64,000 nt of DNA from an uncultured Gemmatimonadales bacterium (GCA_963793305.1 CAWBZV010000009.1:22048-86047); one strand, 5' to 3'; positions 53,372-64,000 are shown, counted from the stretch's first letter. Program-made: numbers and translations. The notes: generated by a model from the sequence alone, not told the origin.

Positions 53372-53940
53372 GGATGCCGTCCCCGTTTCGGCGCTGTGCG
53401 TTTTTGTCTCTGCGAAAGGGTGCCACGGCCCCACTCATCAAGAAACTCGCGCATCTCAGCCGCGCGCTTAGGTTCGCTCCGAGCTACGCGCGCCAGTTGA
53501 CGCCGCACGAATTCCATTTCCTGCTCGGTGGGATGCATCGCGACAATGTCCTCGATGTCTCGAGCACGGCGAGCGTACACCTTCATAGCCAGTACATCCC
53601 GGCGATCGAGGACCCCGACCGTAAGCTGGCGGAATGGCGGAAGCCATCGAATCCGCTCTGTATAGTCTGATGGCAAGGCGTCCAGGTACGATCGGATGCT
53701 CGTGTTGAGCCAACCCTGCGGCACGCCCGCCGCGTCCGCCGCACGACGCAGCAGTGGCTGGATGTCATTCAGCTCGGGCTCGGCGAGGATCACATCCCCA
53801 TCCGCAGTCGGCCGGTTTAAGGCATCGACGAGAATGAGCGCGGCGCTGCCACCGAGCACAATGCGAACCGGATCAAGCGCCTGTGCGCCCAACTCGGTCA
53901 GGGCGGCCAAGATCTCGCGTTTACCCAGTTCCGCTGTCAT
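53368..53940 (-). CDS. Pol-beta superfamily nucleotidyltransferase (DUF6036/AbiEii-like)
   Basis: VLGGSAALIL..RPTADGDV..WLN..LAMKVYARRARDIED. Confidence 0.8.
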   Translation of the reverse strand: MTAELGKREILAALTELGAQALDPVRIVLGGSAALILVDALNRPTADGDVILAEPELNDIQPLLRRAADAAGVPQGWLNTSIRSYLDALPSDYTERIRWLPPFRQLTVGVLDRRDVLAMKVYARRARDIEDIVAMHPTEQEMEFVRRQLARVARSEPKRAAEMREFLDEWGRGTLSQRQKRTAPKRGRHP

Positions 53941-54050
53941 GTATAAAGTTTAACCGATAACGCGACTCACGGAAGGGCATTCAGCTTATCCATTGAGCCG
54001 ACATACCTGAAGCTGTCCGCCGGCCGGCCAACTCCCCGTCTTGCGCCCTA

Positions 54051-55007
54051 TCAGCGCAGAATGTGGAGGCGCTGGGATGCCTTGAGGTGAATGGTCTTCC
54101 CCAGGACCGCGCCCGGCGGCACGCGCGCCGGCGCGAGCGACGGCGAGAGAATGCGGAGCGTGTACGCCCCGGCCCCACCGTAGGTCGTCGAGCCGACGGC
54201 GAGCGTGTACGTTCCGCCCGAATCGGACCCCAAGGAGGCATAGGCGTTGTTCCCAAAGTCGGCGATGCCGGTGCTGTTCACATCCCACATCGAGTCAAAG
54301 TTCGGCCCACCGATTTCCCATCCCGGCGTGAACGCCGAGGACTGCACGTTGAAGTACCGGATCTGCCGCGGATTGAACTGCACCAGATAGTAGTTCACGA
54401 ACGTGCTGTCGCCGCCGGAGCCAAAGTACGTGTACTGCTGCTTGCACCCGGTGGTGGCGATCGACGACGTGCTGTCGACGTAGTCGGTATCGGCCGGCGC
54501 GACCGTGGCGACCACCGGACAGGTCACGACCTGCATCGTGAAGGCCATGTTCTTCACCGCCGTGTCCTCGTCCATCGCCCGCAACGCATAGGTGCCGCTC
54601 GTCGGCGCATAGAACCAGAGGACATTGTTGCCGGCGTTGTAGCCGAACGCATTGCCCCACGACGCGGCGAGGACGCCCTCGGTGTCCGCGGCTGTCAGTC
54701 CGACCAACGTGTTCTCCAAGGGCCCCTCTGTCGCCGACGCGGTCCCGGTGACCGAGTAGATCTTCCCGGCAGTTACCGCCAGGTTGTATGACGCCGCGTA
54801 CACGGCTTCGCCCACAAAGTCGTCCCACAGCTCGCAATCGCCGGTGGTCGAAATGGCGCCCGACACGGTGGCGCCATTGGCGCTGATGGTGCCCTGCGTG
54901 CAGCTCGGCCCATCGGGCGCCGCGGGGCCGATGCTGTCAAAGCTGCATGCCGCGACCCCCACAAGGATGCTCGCCGCACAACAGTATTTGCCAAACAGGG
55001 AAGTCAT
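54051..55007 (-). CDS. Lipoprotein with two PPC-like beta-sandwich domains
   Basis: Lipobox VAAC, APTSGTYALRA, GGTYTLAV..GAYTLRI. Confidence 0.65.
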   Translation of the reverse strand: MTSLFGKYCCAASILVGVAACSFDSIGPAAPDGPSCTQGTISANGATVSGAISTTGDCELWDDFVGEAVYAASYNLAVTAGKIYSVTGTASATEGPLENTLVGLTAADTEGVLAASWGNAFGYNAGNNVLWFYAPTSGTYALRAMDEDTAVKNMAFTMQVVTCPVVATVAPADTDYVDSTSSIATTGCKQQYTYFGSGGDSTFVNYYLVQFNPRQIRYFNVQSSAFTPGWEIGGPNFDSMWDVNSTGIADFGNNAYASLGSDSGGTYTLAVGSTTYGGAGAYTLRILSPSLAPARVPPGAVLGKTIHLKASQRLHILR

Positions 55008-55076
55008 CTGGAAAGGACGACCGCTCACACTCCGGGGCCACTCGAGAATGACCCGTTTCATGACCCGTTTGGAGTC

Positions 55077-57170
55077 CTACGGTATGCGTCGCACCTCAAT
55101 GTCGCCGTTGACCGCCCGCACCTGAATGACCAGGCCGCCATTGCCGACCGACTGGCGTACGCGAACGTATTTGCGAGGGGTGCCCTGCGCGTCATCCCAG
55201 TGATCCGTCTCCGTTGTCGAGAGCGACCAGTCGCTATCAATGCGCGTGCGACGACCGAAGTTCTCCGTGTACGCGGTCTCGAGATCGAGTTGCGCGGAGA
55301 CACCCGCGGGAAGAAGTAGGACGACGCGGCCTGATCCAGTTGTCACCATGGTCGGTTCTGCCCCGGACGGCCGCAGCGTCACGGTGACGTTGCCGGAGCC
55401 GGTCGTCGCGTCTACGGCGCCATCGACCGGCCCGATCTGAATGTCACCGCCGCCCGTCGATGCATACACGAGCCCATTGGCGGGACCGACGTGGATCTCG
55501 CCGCCGCCCGTGATGAGGCGAGCGCCGTGCGGGGCGGTGGGGAGGTCGATTTTCCCTCCGGCCTGGTCGATCCGAATGAGGGAACTGACCCCCATGCGTT
55601 GCGGAACGATCTCGTCGCCGCTGCCCGTATGCCCAACCAGCGGGCCGGTCACGCGTTCCATATCCACTGACCCACCGCCAGTCCCGACGAAACCCGAGAG
55701 ATGGGAATCGGACACATGCACGCGTCCGCCCCCGGTCGTGAGATCAGCATGTCCGTCAGCATGCTGGATGTCGATCGTCCCACCGCCCGTATGTCCGGTC
55801 AACGTACCGCTGACGCCCTCGATCGAGAGATCGCCTCCCGCGGACGCCACCCGCACGTTGAACTGCCGCGGTACCTGGATGTCGAACGTATGCGAGAACA
55901 ACGTCACGCCCCCATGCTGTCGGCTCTCGCTGATCAGTCGCGCGCCGCCGCCAGCGGCAGGCTCCAGACGTACCTCTGTCGCAGCTCCGCTGAGTGCGCC
56001 ATGCACGTGAACGGTCGGCTTATCCCAAGCGGTGATGCGTACACCGCCCCCCGTCTCCAAGTCCAACGCCAATGTCCCGCCTTGCAATGCGGGAACCTCC
56101 ATGTCGACGACCGAGTCGGCGCGAGTCGGGGCGACCGGTTGCTCGGCGATCCGCCGCAGCGGACGGAATGCCGAGAGGGTGAGCAGCATCGCAATGGCGC
56201 AACCGGCGCCGACCACTCGCGCGGGCCGTGACACGGTGACGCGCCGGCCCGTTCGGTTCAAGACGCCGAGGAGTCGCCCTTCGAGCTCTGATGGACGGGC
56301 CATGGCAGTCGACAGCCAGCCGCTCGCGCCAAGCCGAGTCGCCGAGCGGGCAATGTCGAGCAAGTGAGCGGCGTAGTCCGGCGCCGGGGTACCCAGGGAG
56401 AGCACGCGATCGTCGCAGGCGCGCTCGCTCTCCGCGCGCAAGCGGCGGGCGGCGGCCCACGCCAGGGGTGAAACCAGTAGCATACGCACGCCAACCGGGC
56501 GATGAACTGCGCCAGTGAGTCTCGGCGCGCGACGTGAGCCAGCTCGTGACGCAGCACCACGCGCCAGCGATCGTCGGACCACGTCGATGCCGTCTCGGGC
56601 ACGAGGATGATCGGTACACGCGTGCCCCACGTCAGCGGCGTGCTCACCGCGGCGCTCGACTGGAGCGATATGGGCGCACGGATTCCCGCACGCGCGCATT
56701 CCTCGGTGAGCATCGCCCGCCAACGCGGCGACCGCACTGGCTCCGACCAATGCGCGAGGCGTCGCAAACCAGCACGTCCGACCACCAACCAGCACAAACC
56801 TATCAGCGTGCCGACGAGCCAAAGCGCAATGGTCGTGCTCTCCGCCGTCGGCCGGAACGTCGGGGCGCGTCGGCGCCAGCGATGGCCGCTCGGGGTCGTC
56901 GATGGAGACGGCGACCGTGGGAGGAAGAACGCGCGTCGCGGTCACCTGTGTCGGTGCGGCGTCGAGCGCGGGAAGCAGGTGCACCGACCACGCCGGCGTG
57001 GCGAGCATCGCAACCGGTAGCACCAGTATGCTCGCCAGCGTCGCGTATCGGACCGCGTGGCGTTGCGCCGGCAAGGCGCGTCGCAACGCGAGCGCGGCGA
57101 TTTCTCCAGCGAGCAATACCAGAGTCGCCTTGAGGATCACCAGCCCAGCAAACTGCACGGCGGCGTTCAT
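55077..57170 (-). CDS. BlaR1/M56 peptidase with DUF4097 beta-strand repeats (two compensating frameshifts ~56850 and ~56465)
   Basis: VLRHELAHVARRD..YWFHP in frame 56258-56797. ESERACDD and TGGG repeats in the main frame. Confidence 0.85.
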   Translation of the reverse strand: MNAAVQFAGLVILKATLVLLAGEIAALALRRALPAQRHAVRYATLASILVLPVAMLATPAWSVHLLPALDAAPTQVTATRVLPPTVAVSIDDPERPSLAPTRPDVPADGGEHDHCALARRHADRFVLVGGRTCWFATPRALVGASAVAALAGDAHRGMRACGNPCAHIAPVERRGEHAADVGHACTDHPRARDGIDVVRRSLARGAASRAGSRRAPRLTGAVHRPVGVRMLLVSPLAWAAARRLRAESERACDDRVLSLGTPAPDYAAHLLDIARSATRLGASGWLSTAMARPSELEGRLLGVLNRTGRRVTVSRPARVVGAGCAIAMLLTLSAFRPLRRIAEQPVAPTRADSVVDMEVPALQGGTLALDLETGGGVRITAWDKPTVHVHGALSGAATEVRLEPAAGGGARLISESRQHGGVTLFSHTFDIQVPRQFNVRVASAGGDLSIEGVSGTLTGHTGGGTIDIQHADGHADLTTGGGRVHVSDSHLSGFVGTGGGSVDMERVTGPLVGHTGSGDEIVPQRMGVSSLIRIDQAGGKIDLPTAPHGARLITGGGEIHVGPANGLVYASTGGGDIQIGPVDGAVDATTGSGNVTVTLRPSGAEPTMVTTGSGRVVLLLPAGVSAQLDLETAYTENFGRRTRIDSDWSLSTTETDHWDDAQGTPRKYVRVRQSVGNGGLVIQVRAVNGDIEVRRIP

Positions 57171-57556
57171 GATGCGCCTCCATTGGTGCGTGCCCGTTGG
57201 ATCAATGCTTCCAAGCGGTCGAGATCGGCGCGGTTGAGTTGCTTCTCGTACATGCCCAGCATGGCGGCGACGGCCGAGGTCGCCGAGTTGTCGAAGAACA
57301 CACGGACGAAATGTTGGGCCGCCGACCGGCGGACCCGCTCGCGGTTGACCGTGACCATGTACACGTAACGCGGTCCGTCCTCCTCATGACGGACATGCCC
57401 CTTGTCCTCCAATAGACGCAGCATCCCTCTCACCGCCGAGTAGCTCGGCGGATCGGGGAGATCGCCTTTGACCTCGGCGACCGTCGCGCGGCCCCGGTGG
57501 TAGAGGATATCCATAATCTGCCGCTCGCGATGGCCGAATTTTTCTGGTGTGGGCAT
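57167..57556 (-). CDS. BlaI/MecI/CopY family repressor
   Basis: RERQIMDILY, PPSYSAVRGMLRLLEDKG, DGPRYVY. Confidence 0.92.
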   Translation of the reverse strand: MPTPEKFGHRERQIMDILYHRGRATVAEVKGDLPDPPSYSAVRGMLRLLEDKGHVRHEEDGPRYVYMVTVNRERVRRSAAQHFVRVFFDNSATSAVAAMLGMYEKQLNRADLDRLEALIQRARTNGGAS

Positions 57557-57562
57557 ACGGAC

Positions 57563-57601
57563 AGTATGCTAATGCACTGGCAGTATGTCAATACACTAGC
57601 A
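57563..57601 (-). promoter_or_regulatory. Leaderless sigma70 promoter with two BlaI-type operators
   Basis: TTGACA-N17-CATACT-N6-ATG. Imperfect palindromes TGCTAATGCACTGGCA (57567-57582) and TGTCAATACACTAGCA (57586-57601). Confidence 0.75.
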
Positions 57602-57697
57602 TTAAGGCTTACGCGTCTGGTACCGGCCCGGCGCGCGACGCGCGTCGACCCGCTCACCTGCATTCGAGCGGAGTAGCCGTGGCATTATAATGTAGCC

Positions 57698-59062
57698 ATG
57701 CTAAAGCCAAACCCATACGCGGCGCTGTTGTCGCAGGCGTCGTGTCTTGCGCAATCATATCTCGATGGGATCCGCGAGCGCTTTGCCGGTGTCAGCGACG
57801 CGGCCCGGATCGGCATGCGCCGCCTGGGCGGAGAGCTGACGGAGGTGGGCGAGGATCCGCACGAGGTCCTGCGTCTCCTCCACGAAGCGGGATCCCCGGC
57901 GACCACGGCAAGTATGGGCGGGCGCTACTTCGGCGGTGTCGTCGGAGGGTCTCTGCCCGTCGCCGTCGCCGCACACTGGCTCGCGGGCGCGTGGGATCAG
58001 AATGCCTGTCTCTTCGAGATCTCGCCGGTCTCGGCGTACCTCGAGGACATCGTGCTCCCGTGGATCGCGAAGCTCTTCGGGCTGCCCCCGAGTTGCGGCG
58101 GAGCGCTCACCACCGGGACGCAGATGGCCAACGTCACCGCCTTGGCCGCGGCGCGACACGTGCTGTTGGCCGGTTGCGGCTGGGATGTCGAGCGGGATGG
58201 GCTCTTCGGGGCCCCACCGATCTCGGTCGTGGTTGGAGAGGAAGTCCACGCGACCATGTACAAGGCACTGGCGTTGCTCGGCTTCGGGCGGGGTCGCGTG
58301 ATCACGGTTCCTGCGGACAGCCAAGGCCGCATGCAACCGTCGGCCATTCCCACCCTGCGCGGTCCGGCGATCATCTGCGCGCAGGCCGGAAACGTGAACA
58401 CCGGTGCGTGCGACCGTCTCGCCGATATCTGCGATGTCGCGCAAGAAAACGGCGCGTGGGTGCACGTTGACGGCGCGTTCGGGCTGTGGGCCGCCGTATC
58501 GCCCCGACATCGGCATCTGGTCGAAGGATTGGATCGCGCGCACTCATGGGCGACCGACGCGCACAAGTGGCTCAACACTCCCCACGACTGCGGGATCGCG
58601 TTCGTGCGAGATCGCGCCGCTCTCGCTCGCGCAATGGCGATTTCAGGGACCTACTATCCTGATACCGCCGAGCGCGATCCCATGCGATGGGGGCCAGAGT
58701 CGTCGCGGCGTGCCCGGGGCGTCGAGCTCTGGGCAGCGCTGCGCACCCTGGGTACCGCGGGACTCGCGGAGCAGATCGATCGGACGTGTCGTCATGCGAC
58801 TCGCTTCGCGCAAGGACTCCGCGCGGCCGGATACGCGGTCTTGAACGACGTGCAGCTCAACCAGGTCCTGGTGTCCTTCGGATCGGATGCCGTGACCGAC
58901 CAGGTCATCGCGAAGGTTCAATCGCTCGGTGTGTGCTGGTGCGGAGGAACGGTCTGGAAAGGACGAAAGGCCATGCGCATCAGCGTCTCGTCCTGGGCAA
59001 CCACGGAAGAGGATGTGGATCGCAGTTTGACATCAATCATATCGGCCGCCCCCATTTCATGA
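57698..59062 (+). CDS. Group II PLP-dependent decarboxylase
   Basis: RYFGGVVGG, AGNVNTG, HVDGAFG, TDAHKWLN, RISVSSW. Confidence 0.9.
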   Translation: MLKPNPYAALLSQASCLAQSYLDGIRERFAGVSDAARIGMRRLGGELTEVGEDPHEVLRLLHEAGSPATTASMGGRYFGGVVGGSLPVAVAAHWLAGAWDQNACLFEISPVSAYLEDIVLPWIAKLFGLPPSCGGALTTGTQMANVTALAAARHVLLAGCGWDVERDGLFGAPPISVVVGEEVHATMYKALALLGFGRGRVITVPADSQGRMQPSAIPTLRGPAIICAQAGNVNTGACDRLADICDVAQENGAWVHVDGAFGLWAAVSPRHRHLVEGLDRAHSWATDAHKWLNTPHDCGIAFVRDRAALARAMAISGTYYPDTAERDPMRWGPESSRRARGVELWAALRTLGTAGLAEQIDRTCRHATRFAQGLRAAGYAVLNDVQLNQVLVSFGSDAVTDQVIAKVQSLGVCWCGGTVWKGRKAMRISVSSWATTEEDVDRSLTSIISAAPIS

Positions 59063-59927
59063 TCATCCCACTCGCCCTGGCCTTCGCCGCTCTCGCGGCC
59101 GTGTCACCCGACACCGAGCCCGCCGTCTTCACCACGCCGCTCGAGCCGTTCAAGATCTCGGGCAATCTCTACTACGTCGGATCGCGGGACCTCGCCGCCT
59201 ATCTGGTCGTCACCCCCGACGGCAATATCCTGATCAACGCCAATCTCGTGTCGTCCCCCGCACAGATTCGCCAGAGCATCGAGCAGCTCGGCTTTCGCTG
59301 GGCCGATACGAAGATCCTCCTCAACAGCCAGGCCCACTACGATCACACCGCGGGCGCGGCCGAGGTGCTGAGCGAGACCCATGCCCGATACATGGTCATG
59401 GACGGCAATGTCGAGGTTATCACGACCGGCGGCGCGACCGACTTCAATGCCAGGCTCCCGCACTTTCCACCCGCGCACGTGGATCGCACCCTGCACGATA
59501 ACGACGCGGTGACGCTCGGCGGAACGACACTCATCGCCCACAAGACCGCCGGACATACCCGCGGTTGCACCACGTGGACTATGCAGACGCATGACGGAGG
59601 CCGCACGCTCAACGTCGTGATCGTCGGCGGCTGGTCATCGAATCCCGGCGTAGCGCTCGTCCCCAGCCATGGCAAACCCGCGGCCTATCCAGGCATCACG
59701 ACGGACTTCGATCGAGCCTTCGCGACCCTCAAGGCGTTGCGCTGCGGACATCTTCCTCGGCGCGCACGGCGTGTACTTCGACCTGCTCGCCAAGCACGAT
59801 CGCATGGCCACCGTCCGGACCGTCCGTCTGGATCGATCCGGATGGGTACGCCAAGGCCGTGGCCGATCACGAAGCCGACTATCGGCAAGAGCTCGCGCGT
59901 CAGCAAAACCCAACGCTCGGTAACTAG
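59059..59927 (+). CDS. Subclass B3 metallo-beta-lactamase-like protein (frameshifts ~59742, ~59815)
   Basis: Signal peptide, PFKISGNLYYVG, SQAHYDH, AGHTRGCTTW, then DIFLGAH and WIDPDGY in shifted frames. Confidence 0.85.
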
Positions 59928-60860
59928 CAGCGCGCCCGCCACAGGCGCACTGCTTCCTGGCCGAGAATGTCCGGAATTCCTCCGGCCAAAAGAGCTTGGC
60001 CCCCGCCACACGGTGCACGCCGCGCGAGCGCGGAAAAGTTCTATCGAGGTAGTCCGCGTCCGCCGGAGAGAAAATGGTATCGGCCATGCCCCACACGATC
60101 CTGAGTGGCACATCGCTGCGTGGCAACCCGGCCAACGGATTGGGCGTCAAGCCGAGAGCGTATGCGTGCAGGAGTGCTTTCCGGCTGGGCGAGCTCACGA
60201 GTGGCCACAGGTAGCAGTCGATTGCCTCGTCTGTCGGGTGCGAGGAGTCGGCGTAGCACTGGCCGCCGAGGCCCTGCGCCGAGCGGGCGAGCTGCTTGTC
60301 GGCGAGCCATGGCACGAGCCAACGATCCGCGAAGGTGCCCTCGCGGGCCATTGCAATGACGGGAAGCACTGCGGCAGGCGGGCTGTCGGGCTCCACATCG
60401 CAATTGGTGAGGAGCAGCGTGCGGACCCGATCCGGATACCGGGTCACGAAGAGTTGCGCGATGGCGCCGCCGCTGTCGTTCGCCACGAGGTCGACGCGCC
60501 GAATGGACAGGGCATCGAGGAACGCGGCCAGCATCGAGACCTGAGCCGGTGGCGTGACGCTCTGGCCCGGGGCGACGACCGTGTAGCCCAGGCCCATGAA
60601 GTCGGGCGCCACGCATCGACGGTAGGCCGAGAGCCGGTCGAGCGCGCCCCGCCACTGGAAGCCGTTGAGTGGGAAGCCGTGCAAGAAAGCGCAACGTCAC
60701 CGGCTCCGCGCTCGACGTAGGCAATGCGTCCGAACGAGGTCTCAGCGAAACGTCGCAATGCGTGGAAGGTCGCGGCGGTCATGGGTCGCGGGAGGCGTGA
60801 CAGGCAGGCCGTCACCACCGTCGTCGCCGCGGTCTCCAGAAATGTTCGTCGATTCGTCGG
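59924..60860 (-). CDS. Alpha/beta hydrolase (haloalkane dehalogenase/epoxide hydrolase-like), frameshifted, start uncertain
   Basis: NRRTFL Tat-like motif, GRIAYVERG, HGFPLNGFQW, APDFMGLG, ANDSGG, KLFWPEE. Confidence 0.75.
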
Positions 60861-61028
60861 TCGAGGTCGGTGGCGAGTGCCGGAGGGAGAGCCGATGCCA
60901 TAGTCGATCGACCGCGTAATCGCCCGGATGACGGCGAGATGGCGATGAGCCCGAGTACCAGCAGGGCCGCCGAAATGATCACGCGTTCATGTCCTTGATA
61001 CGTTTGCCGGGCGAGAGCAGATACGTCT

Positions 61029-61910
61029 TCAGCGCACGACGTTGAGCGCGACGACCGGCGTCACGGTGCGAGTGATGTTGCGCCCGATCTCGATCGCGCG
61101 CGCCGACGATCATGCCGACGCCCGCGTTCCAGTTGTACTCGATCGCCGGCGTAAAGCCGACGGCGGCGCTGGATCCCGTATGCCTAACGCTGCCGCCGCC
61201 GACCACGCGCGTATCGCCGTTCCATCCCGTAGTTCGCGTCGAGCGCCAGCACCCAGTTGCGCGTCAGGCTGTATTCGCCGGAGAGATCAATGAACGTGGA
61301 TGCGCCAGGAACGGCGTCCCCGCGGAATCCCGTACTCGTGCCGTACACGCTCGCGTCGGCGATCGGCACGCGAGTCGACCATACCGTCTGCTGGACGTCC
61401 ATCCGCGCGCGTACTATTCGGCCGTTCGGCATCCAGAAGTACGTTTGCGAGTAGAGCGCCAGCGTCGTCGTGTATGCGCCAGCGCCGAACCCGTCGCTCG
61501 TGCGGTCACCGAGCCGGTCGTATTTTCCGGTCGGAAACGTCTCCTGGATGGACATGAACATCATCGGCACCCAGCCTCCGACGTGAAATTGCGTGAGCCG
61601 ATACTGGGCCTGTGCGGTGAGGTCCTCGAACCCGATGCTGGAGCTGTAGGCGACGATCGGAATCACGCCGACCGATACCCGGTCGATCAGACCGGTCAAT
61701 GAGATATGTGCGCGAGGTGAACGTCTGCGAGTGAGCGGCGATAACGTAGTAGACGTAGGGTTCGAACAGCATGTGCCCCGCCGGGAGCGTCGCCGCGCCG
61801 GCGGCTTGTACAGAACCTGTCCACCAGGCATCGCCGAGCGACTCCTGGCCGGCGCATGGCGACGCGGCCAGGACGCCAAGTGCGAGCGCGGATGCGCACA
61901 GGCGCCGCAT
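61029..61910 (-). CDS. Putative outer-membrane 'transporter' family protein (several frameshifts)
   Basis: Signal peptide, DAWWTGS, FEPYVY, FPTGKYDRL..SDGFGAG, EYSLTRNWVLALD, PAIEYNW across frames. Confidence 0.65.
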
Positions 61911-62625
61911 CACGCCGTCGCGGCGCGCGCCGCGGCTTGCAGCGCCTGGATCGCGAGTATGTACGGTCGCGGCCCGTGGCTCACCCGGGCGACACCAATG
62001 GCGGCGAGCTCGCGCGGGTCGGAGTCCGATCGCCGACCATGATGTTGACGGGTAGCGGGGAAGCCTCCACGAGCTGGCGGATGCGCGCTTTGTCCTCGAG
62101 CCCCGGGCACGAGATGCCATCCGCGCCCGCGGCCGCGTATGCGCGCGCACGCGCGATCGCGGCCCCAATCTGGTCCTCGCCCGGCTGCAGGAATACGTCG
62201 GTACGCGCGTTGATGAAAAACGCAGCATCGGCAGACTCTAGTGCCTCGCCAATGCGCGCACATTGCTCCGCGATCTCCCGGAGGCTTCCGTCCGCGGGGC
62301 GGCTGTCCTCCAGATTGCACCCGACCGCTCCGCCTGGATCGCCAGCGCGATCGTCTCGCCAACGTCCGCGTATCCGCTCTCGAGGTCGACGGTGACCGGC
62401 AGCTCAGTCGCGCAGACGATCCGGCGCAGATTGTCGACCGCCAACTCCACCGGAATGCGCTCGCCATCCACCGGACCCGTGGGCGGCGGCGACCGACCAA
62501 CTACTCGTGGCGATCGCTTTCGCGCCACTCATGGCCACGGCTCTGGCGCTGCCGGCGTCCCAGACATTGAACAGCACGAGCGGTGCGCCGCTCGTGTGCA
62601 GCGCGCGGAACGCTTCCGCCGTCAT
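61910..62625 (-). CDS. Isocitrate lyase/PEP mutase family protein (frameshifted)
   Basis: FRALH, NVWDAGSA, IATSS, VDLESGY, FINARTD, AAGADG, ARVSHGP across frames. Confidence 0.8.
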
Positions 62626-62765
62626 CGCTTCGCCGACCGGTGTGCTTCCTTCAACTTCACGGCGCACGCGTCGCAGCAGACCTCGACGGACTGACCGCCG
62701 ATGGTGACCTGGACCGTGCGCGCATCGAGCGTGCAATCGCACGCGGCACATGTTCTCTCTGGCAT
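62622..62765 (-). CDS. 47-aa Cys-rich TRASH/YHS-like metal-binding protein
   Basis: MPERTCAACDCTLDARTVQVTIGGQSVEVCCDACAVKLKEAHRSAKR. ATGA overlap downstream, CATACT 6 nt upstream. Confidence 0.75.
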   Translation of the reverse strand: MPERTCAACDCTLDARTVQVTIGGQSVEVCCDACAVKLKEAHRSAKR

Positions 62766-62798
62766 GGCCAGAGTATGCCGCGCCGGAGAAGTCAGCGG

Positions 62799-63652
62799 CT
62801 ATCGAATTGTTTCGCGATCGAGCGCCGTGCGCCGAAACCGTGCCGGCGATCTCCCATACATCTCGCGGAACGCCGCGGAGAAATGACTGTGGCTCGAGAA
62901 GCCGAGCTCGAGGCCGAGCGCGGTGAGGTCATCGTACCGCTCAATGAGATCGAGCACCCTGGCGAGTCGGAGCCGCAACTGGTAGCGGTAGAGTGGCGCG
63001 CACCCCTTCCACTTGCTGGAACACCTGGGTCAGATAGACGGGTGACCCTCCACCGACCTCCGACGCAATCTCAGCCAACGTCCACCGCCGCCCCGGCTCG
63101 CTGGCCAGCACGAGCTTCGCCCGGTCCACGAGTCGCTGGCAATGGACGCTGGACCCCGGCGCGCGGGTCGTCCGCGGGCCAACGGCTCGCCGCATGAGCG
63201 TGAGCGCGAGACTCTCGGCCTCCAACGGCTCCGCAACGCCCTGCCGAAGGCTGTGCCGCAGCAACATGATCAACGCCTGTGCCCGCGGATCGATCCGCAA
63301 CCGGTGTGGCCGGAACGCAAGCGCAGCGCCGCCGGCCAGAAAGCCGCGCCGGAGGAACCAGCTCGCGCAGCGTGGGCTCATCAATGATCAGCGTCAGGCT
63401 CGCATCGCCGCCCTGCACCGGGTGGCTGACGCGATATCCCTCGCCGGCATTGAAAAACAACACCTGATTGGCGTCGGCCACCGCCTGATCACCACCGAGG
63501 TGGCGGACGTACACGCCCCGATACGGGAACACCAACTGCGTCGCCGTCGCACACTCTTCCGGCGACACATCCCGGTGACTCCCGCGGCAGTACACATCGC
63601 GGATCGTCACCGTGGGCGTGGCCAGCAGGGTTTGGACGGCGAACTCCGACAT
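62799..63652 (-). CDS. AraC family regulator (frameshifted)
   Basis: LVFPYRGVY, WTLAEIASEV..YLTQVFQQVEG, LGFSSHSHFSAAFR. Confidence 0.85.
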
Positions 63653-64000
63653 GCCTGAAATATGGCGGACAGACGGCCAGGAGACACCGGCGAGACGCCG
63701 GGCACTTAGGAATGAGCCTGCCGATAACCCCCGACCGAGGTGTCCCAGTGCTCGATCGATACGTTGCCGCATTTGTTGCGTTGGCGCTTGCCCCACTCGC
63801 CGTTCGCGCGCAGAAGGAGGGTGCGCGTCGTGCAAACCGTTGCTCAATGCGGCGGCGAAGCAAGCCAGTACGCCGTTTCACGGCTATATCACGACCTCGG
63901 CCGTCGCGCCGGGCGCCAAGCCCAGCAAGACGGAATGATGTCGTCGGTGGCCAGCACTATTTCCAGTACAAAGGCCAGTGGATGCGAAGCAAGCTCGATG

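Noticed and set aside
58687..60720. 677-aa beta-lactamase fusion protein
   Set aside because: Artefact of a frameshift reading into the antisense strand of the hydrolase gene. The real gene is about 59059-59927.
52397..64000. Integrative element or prophage at tRNA-Pro
   Set aside because: No integrase, transposase, phage gene or duplicated tRNA 3' end was seen in the window. Only accessory-looking content.
63700..64000. Possible gene at the right edge
   Set aside because: No frame gave a recognisable protein, and the context is too short.

Overview
High-GC bacterial chromosomal segment. The gene inventory (BlaI/M56 pairs, CarboxypepD-reg/plug protein, S9 peptidase, many LAAC lipoproteins) suggests Gemmatimonadota, which is an inference. 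Many genes carry 1-2 nt frameshifts that look like long-read assembly errors. Ordinary content: a GntR-controlled amino-acid uptake/catabolism operon (metC, aapJ), hydrolases, a MocR regulator, a HlyD/ABC/CerR efflux operon, tandem RND pumps, tRNA-Pro(CGG) and a subclass B3 metallo-beta-lactamase. Best candidates for new biology: (1) a TPR protein, a 57-aa lipopeptide with a two-Cys C-terminal loop and a divergent REC-like/AraC regulator (32.2-34.7 kb), resembling a Rap-Phr-style peptide signalling module; (2) an orphan pqqA with its own sigma54 promoter, tandem enhancer palindromes and terminator right behind a HK/NtrC pair; (3) a nucleotidyltransferase plus wHTH pair beside the tRNA (AbiE-like); (4) a BlaI-M56/HEAT-HEAT operon whose two proteins share a WPxPWPRP tail; (5) a palindromic element inserted in frame in an ArsR-SRPBCC gene; (6) pervasive leaderless promoters.
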